Made by a program: the position numbers and the translations under genes. A stretch of 64,000 nucleotides of DNA. Origin: Planktothrix sp. GU0601_MAG3 (GTDB lineage Bacteria > Cyanobacteriota > Cyanobacteriia > Cyanobacteriales > Microcoleaceae). The number at the start of each line of letters is the position of its first letter. Within the stretch, counting starts at the first letter, position 1. Shown here one piece after another: positions 31,873 to 44,724 of the stretch. The notes under the pieces were generated by a model that had not been told where the DNA came from, searched no databases, and saw nothing but the letters and a program-made list of their open reading frames with translations. The stretch covers positions 4,276,578 to 4,340,577 of the forward strand of contig CP136572.1 of assembly GCA_035193785.1 (NCBI GenBank), in the 5' to 3' direction.

Positions 31873-32183
31873 GCATATCTCAATAATTCCTGTTGAAATT
31901 GCTTTTATTGTGGCATTTTTGTTAACTGGAGAATTATCTTAACATGAATTATGCTCGTTAAAAAATATTTTTAAGTTAATAATAGATTAAATCTACTAGC
32001 AATTTTAATTAATCAAAAAAAGTTAGTTAATTTTTTTTTGGATTTTAATAAAATAGACTCTCCCTAATCCTTGATTCAAGAAGTATAATTCATCAATAAA
32101 ATTATTAGGGATAATCTCAGGATGATTACAACCTTGGCTGATTACCCTAATAATGGGAGAGTCAATTCTGTTAGTTTTTAGCT

Positions 32184-33386
32184 TTAAACCAGGGAAAGTT
32201 TCTGTGCAAAAATCCGTTCAATTACTTCTTCCACGACTTTATCAGGGGTTGATGCACCGGAGGTAATTCCAACTAATATCTCCCCATCAGGAAGCCAGTT
32301 TTCTTGAATTTCCAAAGACTTGCCTAACGGTTTATGCTCAATTTGGTTATCGTTTAAAATTCGTTCGGCACAGTCAATATGATAAGAAGGAATCCCCTTT
32401 TCTACCGACATTTCCTGTAAATGGGTCGTATTAGAAGAATTAAAGCCCCCGATTACAACCATTAAATCCAATGGTTTATCTAATATCCCAATCATGGCAT
32501 CTTGGCGTTCTTGGGTAGCATCACAAATGGTATTAAAACTTTGAAAATGAGCATTTAATTGATCGGGGCCATATTTTTTGATCATTGTATGCTCTAACAG
32601 TTTGCCGATTTGTTCGGTTTCACTTTTCAGCATGGTAGTTTGGTTAGCAATCCCAATTTGTTTTAAATCTTGATCGGGATCAAAACCTGCGGAATAGGAG
32701 CGACTAAATTTCGCTAAAAACTCTTGACGATCGCCTCCATTCAGAATATAATTAGACACATATTCTGCTTCTTTATAGTTCAAAATCACTAAATATTTAT
32801 CGGCAAAGGAAATGGTAGCAACGGTTTCTTCATGGTTATATTTTCCATGAATAATAGAGGTATAATCTCTTTTTTTATGTTTCTCAACGCTATTCCAAAC
32901 TTTAGATACCCAAGGGCAAGTGGTATCAACAATTTTACAGCCTTTTTCGTTTAAGATTTGCATTTCTTGAATGCTCGCCCCAAACGCAGGTAAAATTACC
33001 ACATCCCCAGAACCCACGACTGAAAAATCCTTCTTCCCATTTTCAACGGGAATAAACTCAACTTTCATATCCTTTAAATGTTGATTCACGGAAGGATTAT
33101 GAATAATTTCGTTGGTAATCCAAATATTTTCCGTGGGGAAATGTTGGCGGGTTTCATAGGCCATGGCTACGGCCCTTTCTACACCCCAACAAAACCCAAA
33201 GGATTGAGCCATTTGAATCGTCACATTTCCCCGTTTAATACTATAGTTATTCTCCCTAATTTCTTGAATTAAAGAACTTTGATAGGCTGAGTGCATAACA
33301 TTTGCCACTTCTTCCTGATGACCAAAGCCTTTACGATGATAGGTTTCCGAATGTTGTAAGGAACGTCTAAATGCTTTTGTATCCAT
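32184..33386 (-). CDS. ispH: 4-hydroxy-3-methylbut-2-enyl diphosphate reductase
   Basis: [37 protein letters not shown]. Confidence 0.96.
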   Translation of the reverse strand: MDTKAFRRSLQHSETYHRKGFGHQEEVANVMHSAYQSSLIQEIRENNYSIKRGNVTIQMAQSFGFCWGVERAVAMAYETRQHFPTENIWITNEIIHNPSVNQHLKDMKVEFIPVENGKKDFSVVGSGDVVILPAFGASIQEMQILNEKGCKIVDTTCPWVSKVWNSVEKHKKRDYTSIIHGKYNHEETVATISFADKYLVILNYKEAEYVSNYILNGGDRQEFLAKFSRSYSAGFDPDQDLKQIGIANQTTMLKSETEQIGKLLEHTMIKKYGPDQLNAHFQSFNTICDATQERQDAMIGILDKPLDLMVVIGGFNSSNTTHLQEMSVEKGIPSYHIDCAERILNDNQIEHKPLGKSLEIQENWLPDGEILVGITSGASTPDKVVEEVIERIFAQKLSLV

Positions 33387-33425
33387 TTTTTTATCTTTAA
33401 CTCAGGTGCATGGTCATTGATGATC

Positions 33426-34245
33426 TTAAACTACCACGGCCTCAGAAAACACGCCCCAAGGGGTTGAATACTCGGCCTCAATGGTCTGCAATTCCGCATC
33501 TGAGAGAGCCTCTATCACCCATTCTCCCCCAAACCAACAACGGGCTGCTACCCCCAAAACATCGATAACCGTTGAAACCAACTCCTCTGCTGACGGTAAA
33601 GTGCTTAAGGTCGGTGAGGGCATTTCCACACCAAACACCTGACGAAACAGTTCCGCATCGGGAGTTAACCGAATCGAGCCATGTTGTAGAATTGTCCCAT
33701 TTCCCTTGAGTTGGGCACTGCCAATTAATTTAGTGCCATCGGATAGGACTAAATCGGCGGCGGTGGCGGTGGCGAAACAGTTGGGGTTGTGAATATATCC
33801 CCGTTCAGCAGAAACCATAGTGGAGTTCATAGCCGAGCGATCGCCATCCTTCAATTAAAAATTGGCATAATGTTTGATAGACTGCCCTAGAATTTCCCGG
33901 CAATTCTGAGGCAATCACCGCATAGGTTAAATCTCCTTGATGTAAAACTGCCCGACCTCCGGTGGGACGTTTAACTAAGTTTAAAGGTTGGTTTTGCCAA
34001 GTTAATTGTTGCCAATGTTCTGGCCAAGATTTCTGATGATAACCTAAAGAAATACTCGCGGGTTCCCAAAGATAAAACCGTAAAGTGGGCGGATGTTTTC
34101 CCTGTTGATGTTGACGAAACAACCAATGGTCAATTGCCATTTGTAACTGTCCCGAGGCTTTCAATACAGGAATTAAACGCCAAATATTAGACTCCGAACT
34201 CGGCTTGTAAGCTATCATCGTTATTATCGGCAATTGTCGCCACAA
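33426..34245 (-). CDS. Lipoate-protein ligase A family protein; apparent frameshift at about 33813
   Basis: PTLRFY.W, KRPTGGRAVLH, KLIGSAQ, LQHGS; start codon uncertain. Confidence 0.85.
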
Positions 34246-34664
34246 TGGTAATTAGGCGGGAGATTTCAGTGGCAGATATTTCTGCTAAAGAGCGGTTTGA
34301 TAAAACTACAACTTGATCATTCGTAATTGCAAAATGGGATTCTAAAGTAGATAACCAGTTCATTTCTAATAGTCTCCGCATTAACTGGTTTTCATTTTTG
34401 ACCGGAAATTTTAGTACCGTCGCCCAAACCGTCAAGGTATCTTCATCGGTTTCTCCGGTGAGTTGCACAAAAACTTCGACACTACCATATTCAAACTGCC
34501 AAACCTTACCCGCCTCGGACTGTCCGACCATCACATTTTGGTCTTGAGCTAACCCGATGAGGACGTTTTCAATTTCTTCTGAGGGCCGGAAGGTGGCCAT
34601 GGCATTATCAATCAGTTTCTGCGTCAGTCTCAGTCGTTAACGATGCTTGTTCTGTATTTGTCAT
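34187..34664 (-). CDS. YbjN-domain (type III chaperone-like) protein; apparent frameshift at about 34617
   Basis: WQFEYGSVEVFVQLTG, LLEMNW; upstream ATG 34664 joins by removing one A from agaaact. Confidence 0.72.
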
Positions 34665-34726
34665 AATACTTTTACTAGCTTTTAATTGAATTGTATCGTA
34701 ACTAGCCCTGCCTTTGCGAAGCCTAT

Positions 34727-35269
34727 TTAACTAAGTAATCTTTCTACAGATATCTCAATATTTGGAAAAGCTAAGGGGGTAATCATCCCTTGATTAATCA
34801 TTTGTTGACTCAAATAGGTGTTATTTTCGGGATTTTTTAATACAATTAATTGTTTTTGGGATAAATCCAAAACCCAATATTCTTGAATTTTAGCTTGAGC
34901 ATAAATTGATAATTTTAATTCTAAATCTTTTTTTAAACTACTTTTAGCCACTTCTATGATCCAAAAAATATCCTCACTATAGGGATGATGATCTTTATAG
35001 GTTGACTTGGGTAGTCGGACAATAGCAATATCGGGTTCGGGTTCAGAGTCTAAAATGGTAATGGGGCCATTAAAACGAACATGAGCTTTACTTGCTAACA
35101 AGGTTTGTAAGTATTGTGTACCTTCCTCAGCCGTATAATAATGAATCGGAGTTTCTGGACTCATTTCAATAATTTCACCTGCTAATAGTTCAACTTGGCG
35201 ATCGCATAAAATCCCAGCATCAATCATCTGGTGATAATCCTCTACAGACCATTTTGCTAACGTCTTCAT
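34727..35269 (-). CDS. Uma2-family (DUF820) endonuclease-fold protein
   Basis: WSVEDYH.M, VELLAGEIIEM, EPEPDI, IIEVA, I.EYWVLD. Confidence 0.92.
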   Translation of the reverse strand: MKTLAKWSVEDYHQMIDAGILCDRQVELLAGEIIEMSPETPIHYYTAEEGTQYLQTLLASKAHVRFNGPITILDSEPEPDIAIVRLPKSTYKDHHPYSEDIFWIIEVAKSSLKKDLELKLSIYAQAKIQEYWVLDLSQKQLIVLKNPENNTYLSQQMINQGMITPLAFPNIEISVERLLS

Positions 35270-35393
35270 GGCAGAAATACCTGTTTTAATTATGGATTTG
35301 AGTTATTCCTATATTAACATTTTTTAGGGAGTTGCCACAAATCTAATAACTGTCTTACAATTAAAGTAAGTTTAGAATCCTAATTAACTGATC

Positions 35394-36269
35394 ATGCAGC
35401 AACTTTCTATAGCATTCAAAAATATTGATCAATTTCCTTATCACAACTATATTTCTAATCAATTAGATCAAAAACCCTGCTTTATTTCAAAACAGGGAGT
35501 GCTTTTTGAAGAAGATTGTATAACGCTTTTAAAACAGATCAATAACAGTGTAGCTGATGTTGTTTTTGCTGATCCGCCCTTTAATTTAGGGAAAAAATAT
35601 GGCAAAAAGCATAATGATAGCCTCGAAGATAGTGAATATCTAAACTGGTGTTATATCTGGCTGGATGAATGTTGCCGGATTCTTAAAGATGGGGGTAGTT
35701 TATTTATTTACAATTTACCTAAATGGAATATGTTGTTAGGCTCTTATTTAATGAATAATGGTTTAACTTTTAGACATTGGATTACTATTAGTCAAAAATC
35801 GAGTTTACCTATTCCTGGGCGATTATATCCTAGCCATTATAGTCTTTTATATTATACAAAAGGCAAGCCAAAAGTATTCCGTAAAATTAGAACACCCATA
35901 GAAACTTGCCGTCATTGTGGGGGTGAAATTAAAGATTATGGCGGTCATCGTCATGCAATGAACCCATTAGGAGTCAATTTAACTGATGTTTGGACAGACA
36001 TTCCTCCTGTGCGTCATTGGAAATTCAAAAGTAAAAAACGGACAACTAATCAACTCTCAACCAAGATTTTAGATCGAGTCATTGAAATGTCAAGTTTACC
36101 CGGAGATTTAATTATTGATCCCTTTGGCGGAAGTGGAACAACTTATGCAGTTTGTGAAGCTACAGGTCGCCATTGGATCGGCATGGAAATTCAAAATTGT
36201 GATGTGATTATTGAACGGTTAACAGAAGGAAATCTACACTATCATAAAAATAATGATAGTGTAAATTAA
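35394..36269 (+). CDS. Beta-class amino (N4-C/N6-A) DNA methyltransferase, apparently orphan
   Basis: Motif IV DPPFN precedes motif I DPFGGSGTT. Confidence 0.9.
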   Translation: MQQLSIAFKNIDQFPYHNYISNQLDQKPCFISKQGVLFEEDCITLLKQINNSVADVVFADPPFNLGKKYGKKHNDSLEDSEYLNWCYIWLDECCRILKDGGSLFIYNLPKWNMLLGSYLMNNGLTFRHWITISQKSSLPIPGRLYPSHYSLLYYTKGKPKVFRKIRTPIETCRHCGGEIKDYGGHRHAMNPLGVNLTDVWTDIPPVRHWKFKSKKRTTNQLSTKILDRVIEMSSLPGDLIIDPFGGSGTTYAVCEATGRHWIGMEIQNCDVIIERLTEGNLHYHKNNDSVN

Positions 36270-36278
36270 TTCCTACTT

Positions 36279-37502
36279 TTATTTTTCAGGAATTTCTTGA
36301 TCAATAAAAATTTTAATTGCTAGATCTCCTACCGCCTTAGTTGCCACAGTATTAGTTGCTACGGAAATTATACTACCAACGCCAGGTATAAATTTAGCAG
36401 CTTCTCCACTCAGTGTAGTTAATCCCCAATTAGCACCTAAACCTGCACCTGCTGTGGCTATAAAGCTTGCTACTGTTTCTTCTGAAAAATCACGTCCACT
36501 TAAGTATCCAATAGACATTACCATAATTGTTTGAATAGCTCCAATAATGGGGAACGAAAGTCCCGGAATCGGATTCAGACTAATCACTAAAGACAAAGCA
36601 GAACAAGTATCAACTACACTGAGAGCTTGCTTACGTTGAAAGTCTTTAATTTTTGATGTTCTTGCCATCGAGGTGGTTGTTTCTTTGGGAAGATATTTAA
36701 GCATCTCTTTAACTAAGGTTTCAATATTCCATCTTCCATCGAACTCTGGATCTATTTCCGCACCTTCACCTTCATAATACTCCGCATAAGTAACAGTAGG
36801 AACAACATTATTTTTAATATCAATAAAGTTAGATTTCTTTTGGGACTTAACTAGATGATTCATTAGAAATGTCTGGGACGGTCGCGTCAGTTCAAGTTTT
36901 GCTTGATTATCCAGTTTCTCCCACCTTGAGCCATAGACTAACTGATCACAATGGGTCAATACACAAATCAAAGGAAGTTTGCGAGAATATTTTTCATAAA
37001 TTACTTGATATACCTCATTAAGATCTTGTAAATCTCCTTCAACTCCTGAACTAACATCACTGGCTTTACAAAGAAAGAGAATTAAATCAGGAGAATATTT
37101 ATTCACAGCATTCATAATACTCTTAAGTGGAGTTTCTGCTGAATCTTTCTCAAGAGGATTTGTTTGTTCTTGAAAGCCTCTTGTGTCTAAAATATGAATA
37201 ATTTCACGACTATCATACTGATTATAGTATGTTTTCCATTGAGCCTGTCCAGTTTGAGGCTCAATCATACTTACCTCAGCTACTTTTCCTCCACAAATAG
37301 CATTGATTAGAGATGATTTACCGGACTTACAACGACCAACAACCATGATACGAGGAGGACGCATTTCTAGGGTCAAATCAAGAAGTTCATCTAAATATTT
37401 GTTGATGTCCTGTTGATAAGGAACCCAATCAGGAATAGAGGACACTAACTTTTTCAGTGCTGTAACCGAGGGTTCAATCGGATGATTTTGAACTTCAGAC
37501 AT
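36279..37502 (-). CDS. Era/MMR_HSR1-like GTPase with hydrophobic C-terminal (DUF697-like) region
   Basis: G1 GRCKSGKSS, G3 DTRG, G4-like THCD; Gly/Ala-rich helical tail NPIPG...KFIPGVG. Confidence 0.8.
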   Translation of the reverse strand: MSEVQNHPIEPSVTALKKLVSSIPDWVPYQQDINKYLDELLDLTLEMRPPRIMVVGRCKSGKSSLINAICGGKVAEVSMIEPQTGQAQWKTYYNQYDSREIIHILDTRGFQEQTNPLEKDSAETPLKSIMNAVNKYSPDLILFLCKASDVSSGVEGDLQDLNEVYQVIYEKYSRKLPLICVLTHCDQLVYGSRWEKLDNQAKLELTRPSQTFLMNHLVKSQKKSNFIDIKNNVVPTVTYAEYYEGEGAEIDPEFDGRWNIETLVKEMLKYLPKETTTSMARTSKIKDFQRKQALSVVDTCSALSLVISLNPIPGLSFPIIGAIQTIMVMSIGYLSGRDFSEETVASFIATAGAGLGANWGLTTLSGEAAKFIPGVGSIISVATNTVATKAVGDLAIKIFIDQEIPEK

Positions 37503-37579
37503 ACAATAACCAATTTAAGATGATATTAATTTTAACCGCTAAAATCAAAAAATAAGTCTATAAAACCTTAACCTAACCC

Positions 37580-39498
37580 ATGACTCTAACGCCCTCAGTA
37601 GAATTTTTAGATGAATTTGACATTATTGTAGTCGGGGCCGGACATTCCGGTTGCGAAGCGGCACTAGCGACAGCCCGGTTGGGAAGCCGTACCCTGCTCC
37701 TAACCCTCAACCTGGATAAAATCGCTTGGCAACCCTGCAACCCGGCCGTTGGAGGCCCTGCTAAGTCCCAACTCGTCCATGAAGTCGATGCTTTGGGGGG
37801 AGAAATTGGCAAAATGGCCGACCGTATACCTATTTGCAAAAACGGGTGCTGAATATTTCCCGTGGCCCGGCGGTGTGGGCTTTACGCGCCCAAACGGATA
37901 AACGGGAATATGCGGCGGTGATGAAAAATATTGTGGAAAATCAGGATAATCTTACCGTCCGAGAAGGGATGGTGACGGATTTAATTTTAGGTAAAAATCA
38001 AGAAATTATTGGGGTAGAAACCTATTTTGGAGTGGCTTTTAAATGTCGGGCGGTGATATTAACAACGGGGACATTTTTAGGCGGAATAATTTGGGTTGGG
38101 AATAAATCAATGGCGGCGGGACGGGCGGGAGAATTTGCCGCCGTTGGGTTAACAGAAACCCTCAACCGTTTAGGCTTTGAAACCGGACGATTAAAAACCG
38201 GAACTCCGGCGCGAGTTGATAAACGTTCTGTAGATTATTCTAAATTAGAACCCCAACCCGGAGATACAGAAGTTCGCTGGTTTAGTTTCGACCCAGAAGT
38301 ACAAATTCAACGGGAACAAATGTGTTGTCATTTGACTCGAACTACGGCGGAAACCCACCGAATTATTCGAGAAAATTTGCATTTATCTCCGGTTTATGGC
38401 GGTTGGGTGGATGCGAAGGGCCCCCGATATTGTCCGAGTATTGAAGATAAAATTGTTAGATTTGCGGATAAAGAAAGTCATCAAATTTTTATCGAGCCCG
38501 AAGGTAGAGATATTCCTGAATTATATATTCAAGGATTTTCCACGGGCTTACCAGAAACCTTGCAATTGCAAATGTTAAGAAGTCTTCCGGGGTTAGAAAA
38601 TTGTGCCATGTTGCGTCCGGCCTATGCGGTGGAATACGATTATTTACCCGCAACTCAATGTTATCCAACTTTGATGACCAAGAAAGTTGAGGGGCTATTT
38701 TGTGCGGGACAAATTAATGGTACAACCGGATATGAAGAAGCCGCAGCCCAGGGTTTAGTGGCGGGAATTAATGCGGTAAGATTTGTTAAACATCAAGAGA
38801 TGATTGTATTTTCCCGGGAACAAAGTTACATTGGAACATTAATTGATGATTTGTGTACAAAAGACCTGCGAGAACCCTATCGGGTGTTAACCAGTCGGTC
38901 GGAATATCGGTTATTATTAAGGTCGGATAATGCCGATGAACGATTAACACCTTTGGGTCGAGAAATTGGGTTAATTGATGATCGTCGCTGGGCGTTATTT
39001 GAACGGAAACAAGGGAATATTATTGGGGAAAAGGAACGATTATATGCTACTCGAATTAAGGAAAATGATCCGGTGGGAATAGCGATTGTTAATGATACCC
39101 AACAAAAAATCAAAGGGTCAATTACCCTAGCGGATTTATTACGCCGTCCGGGGTTGCATTACGTTGATTTAGAACGGTATAATTTAGGTAATAATCTCTT
39201 AAATCAAGTGGAAAAAGAAGGGGCAGAAATTGAGATTAAATATTCAGGATATTTGCAAAGGCAACAAAACCAAGTTGACCAAATTAGTCGCCAATCTAAT
39301 CGACCCTTATCGGAAGATTTAAACTATCTTAAAATCGAAACTTTGTCAATGGAGGCACGGGAAAAGTTAATGAAAGTTAAACCATTAACCATTGGTCAAG
39401 CATCGAGAATTGGGGGAGTAAATCCGGCGGATATTAATGCTTTATTAATTTATTTGGAGGTGCGAAATCGTCAAGAAACGGTGAGTCTTAATTCCTAA
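37580..39498 (+). CDS. mnmG: tRNA uridine 5-carboxymethylaminomethyl modification enzyme MnmG/GidA; apparent frameshift at about 37826
   Basis: [46 protein letters not shown]. Confidence 0.96.
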
Positions 39499-39765
39499 TC
39501 TGAATTGGTGTTTATGGGTTGAGTTAAGGGATTGCTCAACTCAACCCAGGAATATTCTATATTAATCATCTGCCTAACTCTACAAGGGGGAGGGTGTCAA
39601 TGCTAAGATCAAGGAATTGTTGAATTAGGAATTTAAGCCCATCGCAGCTTAGACTATTGTAATGGGACAAGCCTATTTTGTTGATTCTATTAAGGGTAAA
39701 GGATTTGAGGGTGCAGCTATCTTACCCGCAATCTAAAGTTTAGTTCTACCAGCCATTAATCAACT

Positions 39766-42700
39766 ATGCCAGGTGTACGAGTCGGGTTACTGCATTCTCT
39801 GAGTGGAGCGATGGCCTATAGGGAAAAGCCTTTGCTAGAGGCGGAATTAATGACCATTGCCCAAATTAATGCTCAAGGGGGGGTTTTAGGGCAAATCATT
39901 GAAACCCGCGATTGAGGATGGTGCCTCAGACTGCTTCACCTTTGAACAAAAGGCCCGAAAATTAGTTAAACAGGACGGTATTACGACCCTGTTTGGCTGT
40001 TGGACGACCGCCAGTCGTCACGGGGTTAAACCGGTGCTCGAAGCCTTTAATGCTCAACTTTGGTATCCGGCTTCCTACGAAGGGTTAGAAAATTGTAGCC
40101 AAATTTTCTACACCGGATTTTGTGCGAATCAGCAGGTTGAATTAACGATTAGTTGGTTATTGCAAAACCAGAAAACCCGATGTTATTTATTGGGTTGGGA
40201 TCAGGTGTCTTCCCATACCTTAAATAAACTAATGAAAGTCCACCTTAAACATCACGGTGGGGAGGTAGTTGGAGAGGCCTATGTTCCGTCTTCAACGATG
40301 GATTTTGAACCGATTATTACTAGGATTCGACAGTCGCAACCGGATATTATTATTAATACCCTCAGAGGCGATCGCAATTTAAGTTTTTATCGCCAATTTT
40401 ATGAAAGTGGAATTAGGGCCTCTGATTTACCAATTTTAGCAACCTCCCTCTCGGAATTGGAGGTGCAAAAACTTCAAGAGGCTGCCATTGGTCACTTCAG
40501 TTGTTTTCATTATTTTCAAAGTTTAAATACCCCAGAAAATCATCAATTTGTTCAAGCGTTTAAACGTTTTTATGGAGAAGAACGGGTTATTAATAACTCT
40601 ATGGCAACCGCCTATACTCAAATTCATCTCTGGAAACAAGCCGTTGAATTAGCTGAATCTTTTGATGTAGAACAGGTGAGAATTGCAGCTTATGGACAGA
40701 GCTTTTTGTCTCCTGGGGGGTTAGTTCGTTTAGAAACCAATCATCATGTTGCTAAGGTTTGTCGTATTGGTCAGGTATTACCCAATCAGCAATTTGAGGT
40801 TTTATATACCAGTGAAAAACTGATTAAACCATTGCCTTGGTTGGGGTTTGATGAAGATAATTTTAATGCTTCTGGTATTGTTTTTGAGTTATTATCTGAG
40901 GTGAGTCAAGGCATTGAAAGAGCCGAACAATTAGAACAAAAATCCATTGATTTAGAAGCGACAAAGGCACAACTCCAGCAGGAAATTGAAACCCGCAAAC
41001 AGTTTGAATTAGCACTCCAAAAAGCTAATGAACAATTAGAAAAAAAGGTAGCAGAACGCACCGCGGCATTAAGAGAATCAAATGATAATTTAGTCCAAGA
41101 AATTGTCCAGCATCAACAATCGGAAAATGCCCTACGCATGGCTAGGGATCAACTGCAAACGGTTTTAGACGCGGTTCCCGGGACGGTTTCTTGGATTGAC
41201 TCAGACTTGTGTTATATCGAAGTGAATCAACAATTAGCGGAGATGCTCAACCTTCCTCGCGAGAGTTTTATGGGTCAACATATTGGATTTTTAGGAAACC
41301 AGTTCCGAATTCCAAGATTTTGTTCAAGATTTATTTGATAGTCAGGAAATTGACGCCTATCGAGAAGTTAAAAATCAAGTGAATGGGGAATGGCGATATT
41401 ATTTAATTGTAGCCCAAAAATATGCTCAAAATCGAGCCGCTTTTGTGGTGGGAATTGACATTACTGATCGCAAACAAGCTGAAGAATCTTTGGTAAATGC
41501 TAAAAATCAACTACAAACGGTCTTAGAAGCGGTTCCCGGGACGGTTTCTTGGATTGACTCAGACCTGTGTTATATCGAAGTGAATCAACGATTGGCGGGG
41601 ATGCTTAACCTTCCTCGGGAGAGTTTTATCGGTCAACATATTGGATTTTTAGGAACCAGTTCCGAATTCCAAGATTTTGTTCAAGATTTATTTGATAGTC
41701 AGGAAATTGACGCCTATCGAGAAGTTAAAAATCAAGTGAATGGAGAATGGCGACATTATTTGATTGTGGCTCAAAAATATGCTCAAAATCGAGCCGCTTT
41801 TGTGGTGGGAATTGATATTACTGATCGCAAACAAGCTGAAGAATCTTTGATTAATGCTAAAAATCAACTACAAACAGTATTAGAAGCGGTTCCAGGGACG
41901 GTTTCTTGGATTAGTTCAGACCTACGTTATATTGAAGTTAATCAACAGTTGGCAGATATGTTTAGTATGCCTAGAGAAACTTTTATTAATCAACATATTG
42001 GTTTTTTAGGCAATCATTCAGGGTTTACTGAATTTATCCATGATTTATTTAATAGTTCTGCGATTGATGCCTTTAAAGAGGTTTCATTTGTCCTGAATAA
42101 CAAGTTACGATATTATTTAATTGTTGCCCAAAAATATAATCAAAATCAAGCCGCCTTTGTGGTGGGAATTGATATTACCGAACGTCGGGACGCGGAAGAA
42201 GCATTAAGACTGACTCAAGACCAATTAGAAGCCGTATTAGATGTGGTTCCGGGTACGGTTTCTTGGATTAGTTCGGATCTCCGGTATTTGGGAGTTAATC
42301 GTTATTTAGCATCGACCTTTGACCTGCAACCAGAAGATTTTGTTAATCAAGATATTGGGTTTTTAAAAGCTAGTTTTGAGTTTAATGATTTTGTCCAAAA
42401 CTTTTTTGATAGTCCCCAAAAAGATTCCTATCAAGAAGTTATGTCTGTGATTCAAGGTAAATCTCGAAATTATTTAATTGTTGCCCATAAATATAGTCAA
42501 AATCAAGCGGCTTTCTTTGTCGGAATTGATATTACCGAACGCAAACAAGCAGAAGAAGCCCTAAAACAAGCAGAAGCTAACTATCGCAGTATTTTTGAGA
42601 ATGCTGTTGAAGGCATATTTCAAACCACACCCACAGGAATTTATTTAAGTGCAAATCCGGCTTTAGCTCGAATTTACGGTTATCAATCTCCCGAAGAATT

Positions 42701-44117
42701 AATCCAAAATCTAACTAATATTCAAGACCAACTCTATGTTCAACCCCAACGTCGCCAAGAGTTTGTTCAACTTTTGGAAAAACAGGGGGCAATTGTTAGA
42801 TTTGAGTCTCAAATTCGACGCTTAGATGGACAGTTAACTTGGATTTCAGAAAATGCTTTTGCTGTTCGAGATGAAGCCGGAAACCTACTCCATTATGAAG
42901 GAACCGTTGAAGATATTAATGAGCGAAAACAAGCAGAATCCGCCCTACAAAGGGCAATGGAACAGTTAGAAATTCGGGTGGAAGAACGCACCGCAGCCCT
43001 ACGGGAAGCTAACCATCAATTAGTTCGAGAAGTTGCCGAAAGAAGCAGGATTGAAAATGCTTTACGAGAGTCTGAAGCTGAACTGAGAGCTTTATTTGCT
43101 GCAATGACGGATGTAATTACAGTGTTTGATTCAGAGGGAAGATATAAAAAGATTGTCACCACAAATTCAGAGGTTTTATATAGTCCCACAGAAGAACTGC
43201 TGGGGAAAACTGTGTTTGAAGTTTTTCCGGCTAGTCATGCCACTTTATTTTATAATCAAATTCAAGAAGTATTAAACACAAAGCAAACTTTAAATATTGA
43301 ATATAGTTTGGTTTCTGCTGAATATCAACCCGGACATCCTGGAACTAATTCATCTCCTTTGAATCCTGGAGATGAAGTTTGGTTTGCAGCAATGGTGTCT
43401 CCAATGCCGGATAATTGTGTGATTTGGGTGGCAAGAAATACAACGGAAAGGCGCAGGGTTTTAGAAGCATTACAAGCCGAACGGGAAAAATCGGAACGGT
43501 TATTATTGAATATTCTCCCTCCCTCCATTGCCGAACAACTAAAACAAAATCAGCATTCTATTGCCGAACGCTTTGAACAAGCTACGATTATGTTTGCGGA
43601 TATTGTGGATTTTACCGGATTTTCTTCTCGAATTTCTCCCTCAGAATTAGTCAATTTCTTGAATCAAATTTTTTCCGCTTTTGATGAATTAGCCGAAAAA
43701 CATCATTTAGAAAAAATTAAGACAATTGGAGATTCCTATATGGTAGCTGGCGGGTTACCCACCCCTCGCCATGACCATGTAGAAGCGATGGCAGAAATGG
43801 CTTTAGATATGCAGGCAGAAATTCGCCGATTTCAAGGGCAAATGGGTCAATCTTTTAATTTAAGAATTGGAATTAATACCGGGCCAGTGGTGGCGGGTGT
43901 AATTGGCACGAAAAAATTTATCTATGATTTATGGGGAGACGCCGTTAATATTGCTTCTCGCATGGAATCCCAAGGAGAAGCGGGTAAAATCCAAGTGACA
44001 GCCACTACTAAAAACCTTTTAAGTGGCAAATATGACTTTGAAGAACGGGGTTTAATTGATGTTAAAGGTCGAGGAGAAATGCTCACCTATTGGTTAACTA
44101 AACGTCGATTAGTATAA
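39766..44117 (+). CDS. Class III adenylate cyclase with N-terminal UrtA/AmiC-like ligand-binding domain and multiple PAS domains; apparent frameshifts at about 39903 and 41297
   Basis: ATG 39766 MPGVRVGLLHSLSG, FGCWTTASR, YEGLE; PAS repeats; FADIVDFT, EKIKTIGDSYM, YDLWGDAVNIASRMES. Confidence 0.88.
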
Positions 44118-44191
44118 CAACATGAATGTTGGAATTAACCTCCTATTTCTTCAATAGGACTCACGCAAGATTACTAAACGAAATACAAAAA

Positions 44192-44663
44192 TTAGTTTTC
44201 AGATTCAACTTTTTCTGTATTTCCACCTTTAATCCATCCCGTGCGATCGCGATCGCTAAGAACCCGCACTTTTTGCCATTGTTTATCATCACTTTCTCCC
44301 AGAACAACCACTTTTTCCTGATAGGCAATGCCACCAATTCGGTTAGCCTCGGTACTGGGAGTATCGCGCAAAATCAAACCGATAGGCTGGGTCACAATTG
44401 CCTGATAAGCACCTGGTTCAAGTTTTTCTGCTTCTGGAGTTGGGGTTGGGGTAGGCGCGACCGCAGCTTGGGGAGTAACGGGCTTAGTAACTGGCTTCGC
44501 GGCTATATTTGCCTGGGGGTTATCATTAGGAAAGGTTGGACGTTCTGGCAGTTTCTGATAAACGGGCTGCAAAATATAAGGCGGTAGCGACCGTTGCACC
44601 CGCTAAAATCAAAATTGCTAGGAAAAAACCCACAATAAATTTAAAAACACCATAGAAACTCAT
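44192..44663 (-). CDS. Membrane-anchored SH3-domain protein; apparent frameshift at about 44553
   Basis: N-terminal TM from ATG 44663, Pro-rich linker, GLILRDTPS...WQKVR...GWIKGGN. Confidence 0.8.
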
Positions 44664-44724
44664 AGTTTTTGGAACTGTTCTATACATAGGTTTTAAACCC
44701 CGATCAAAGATACCTATAATATCA

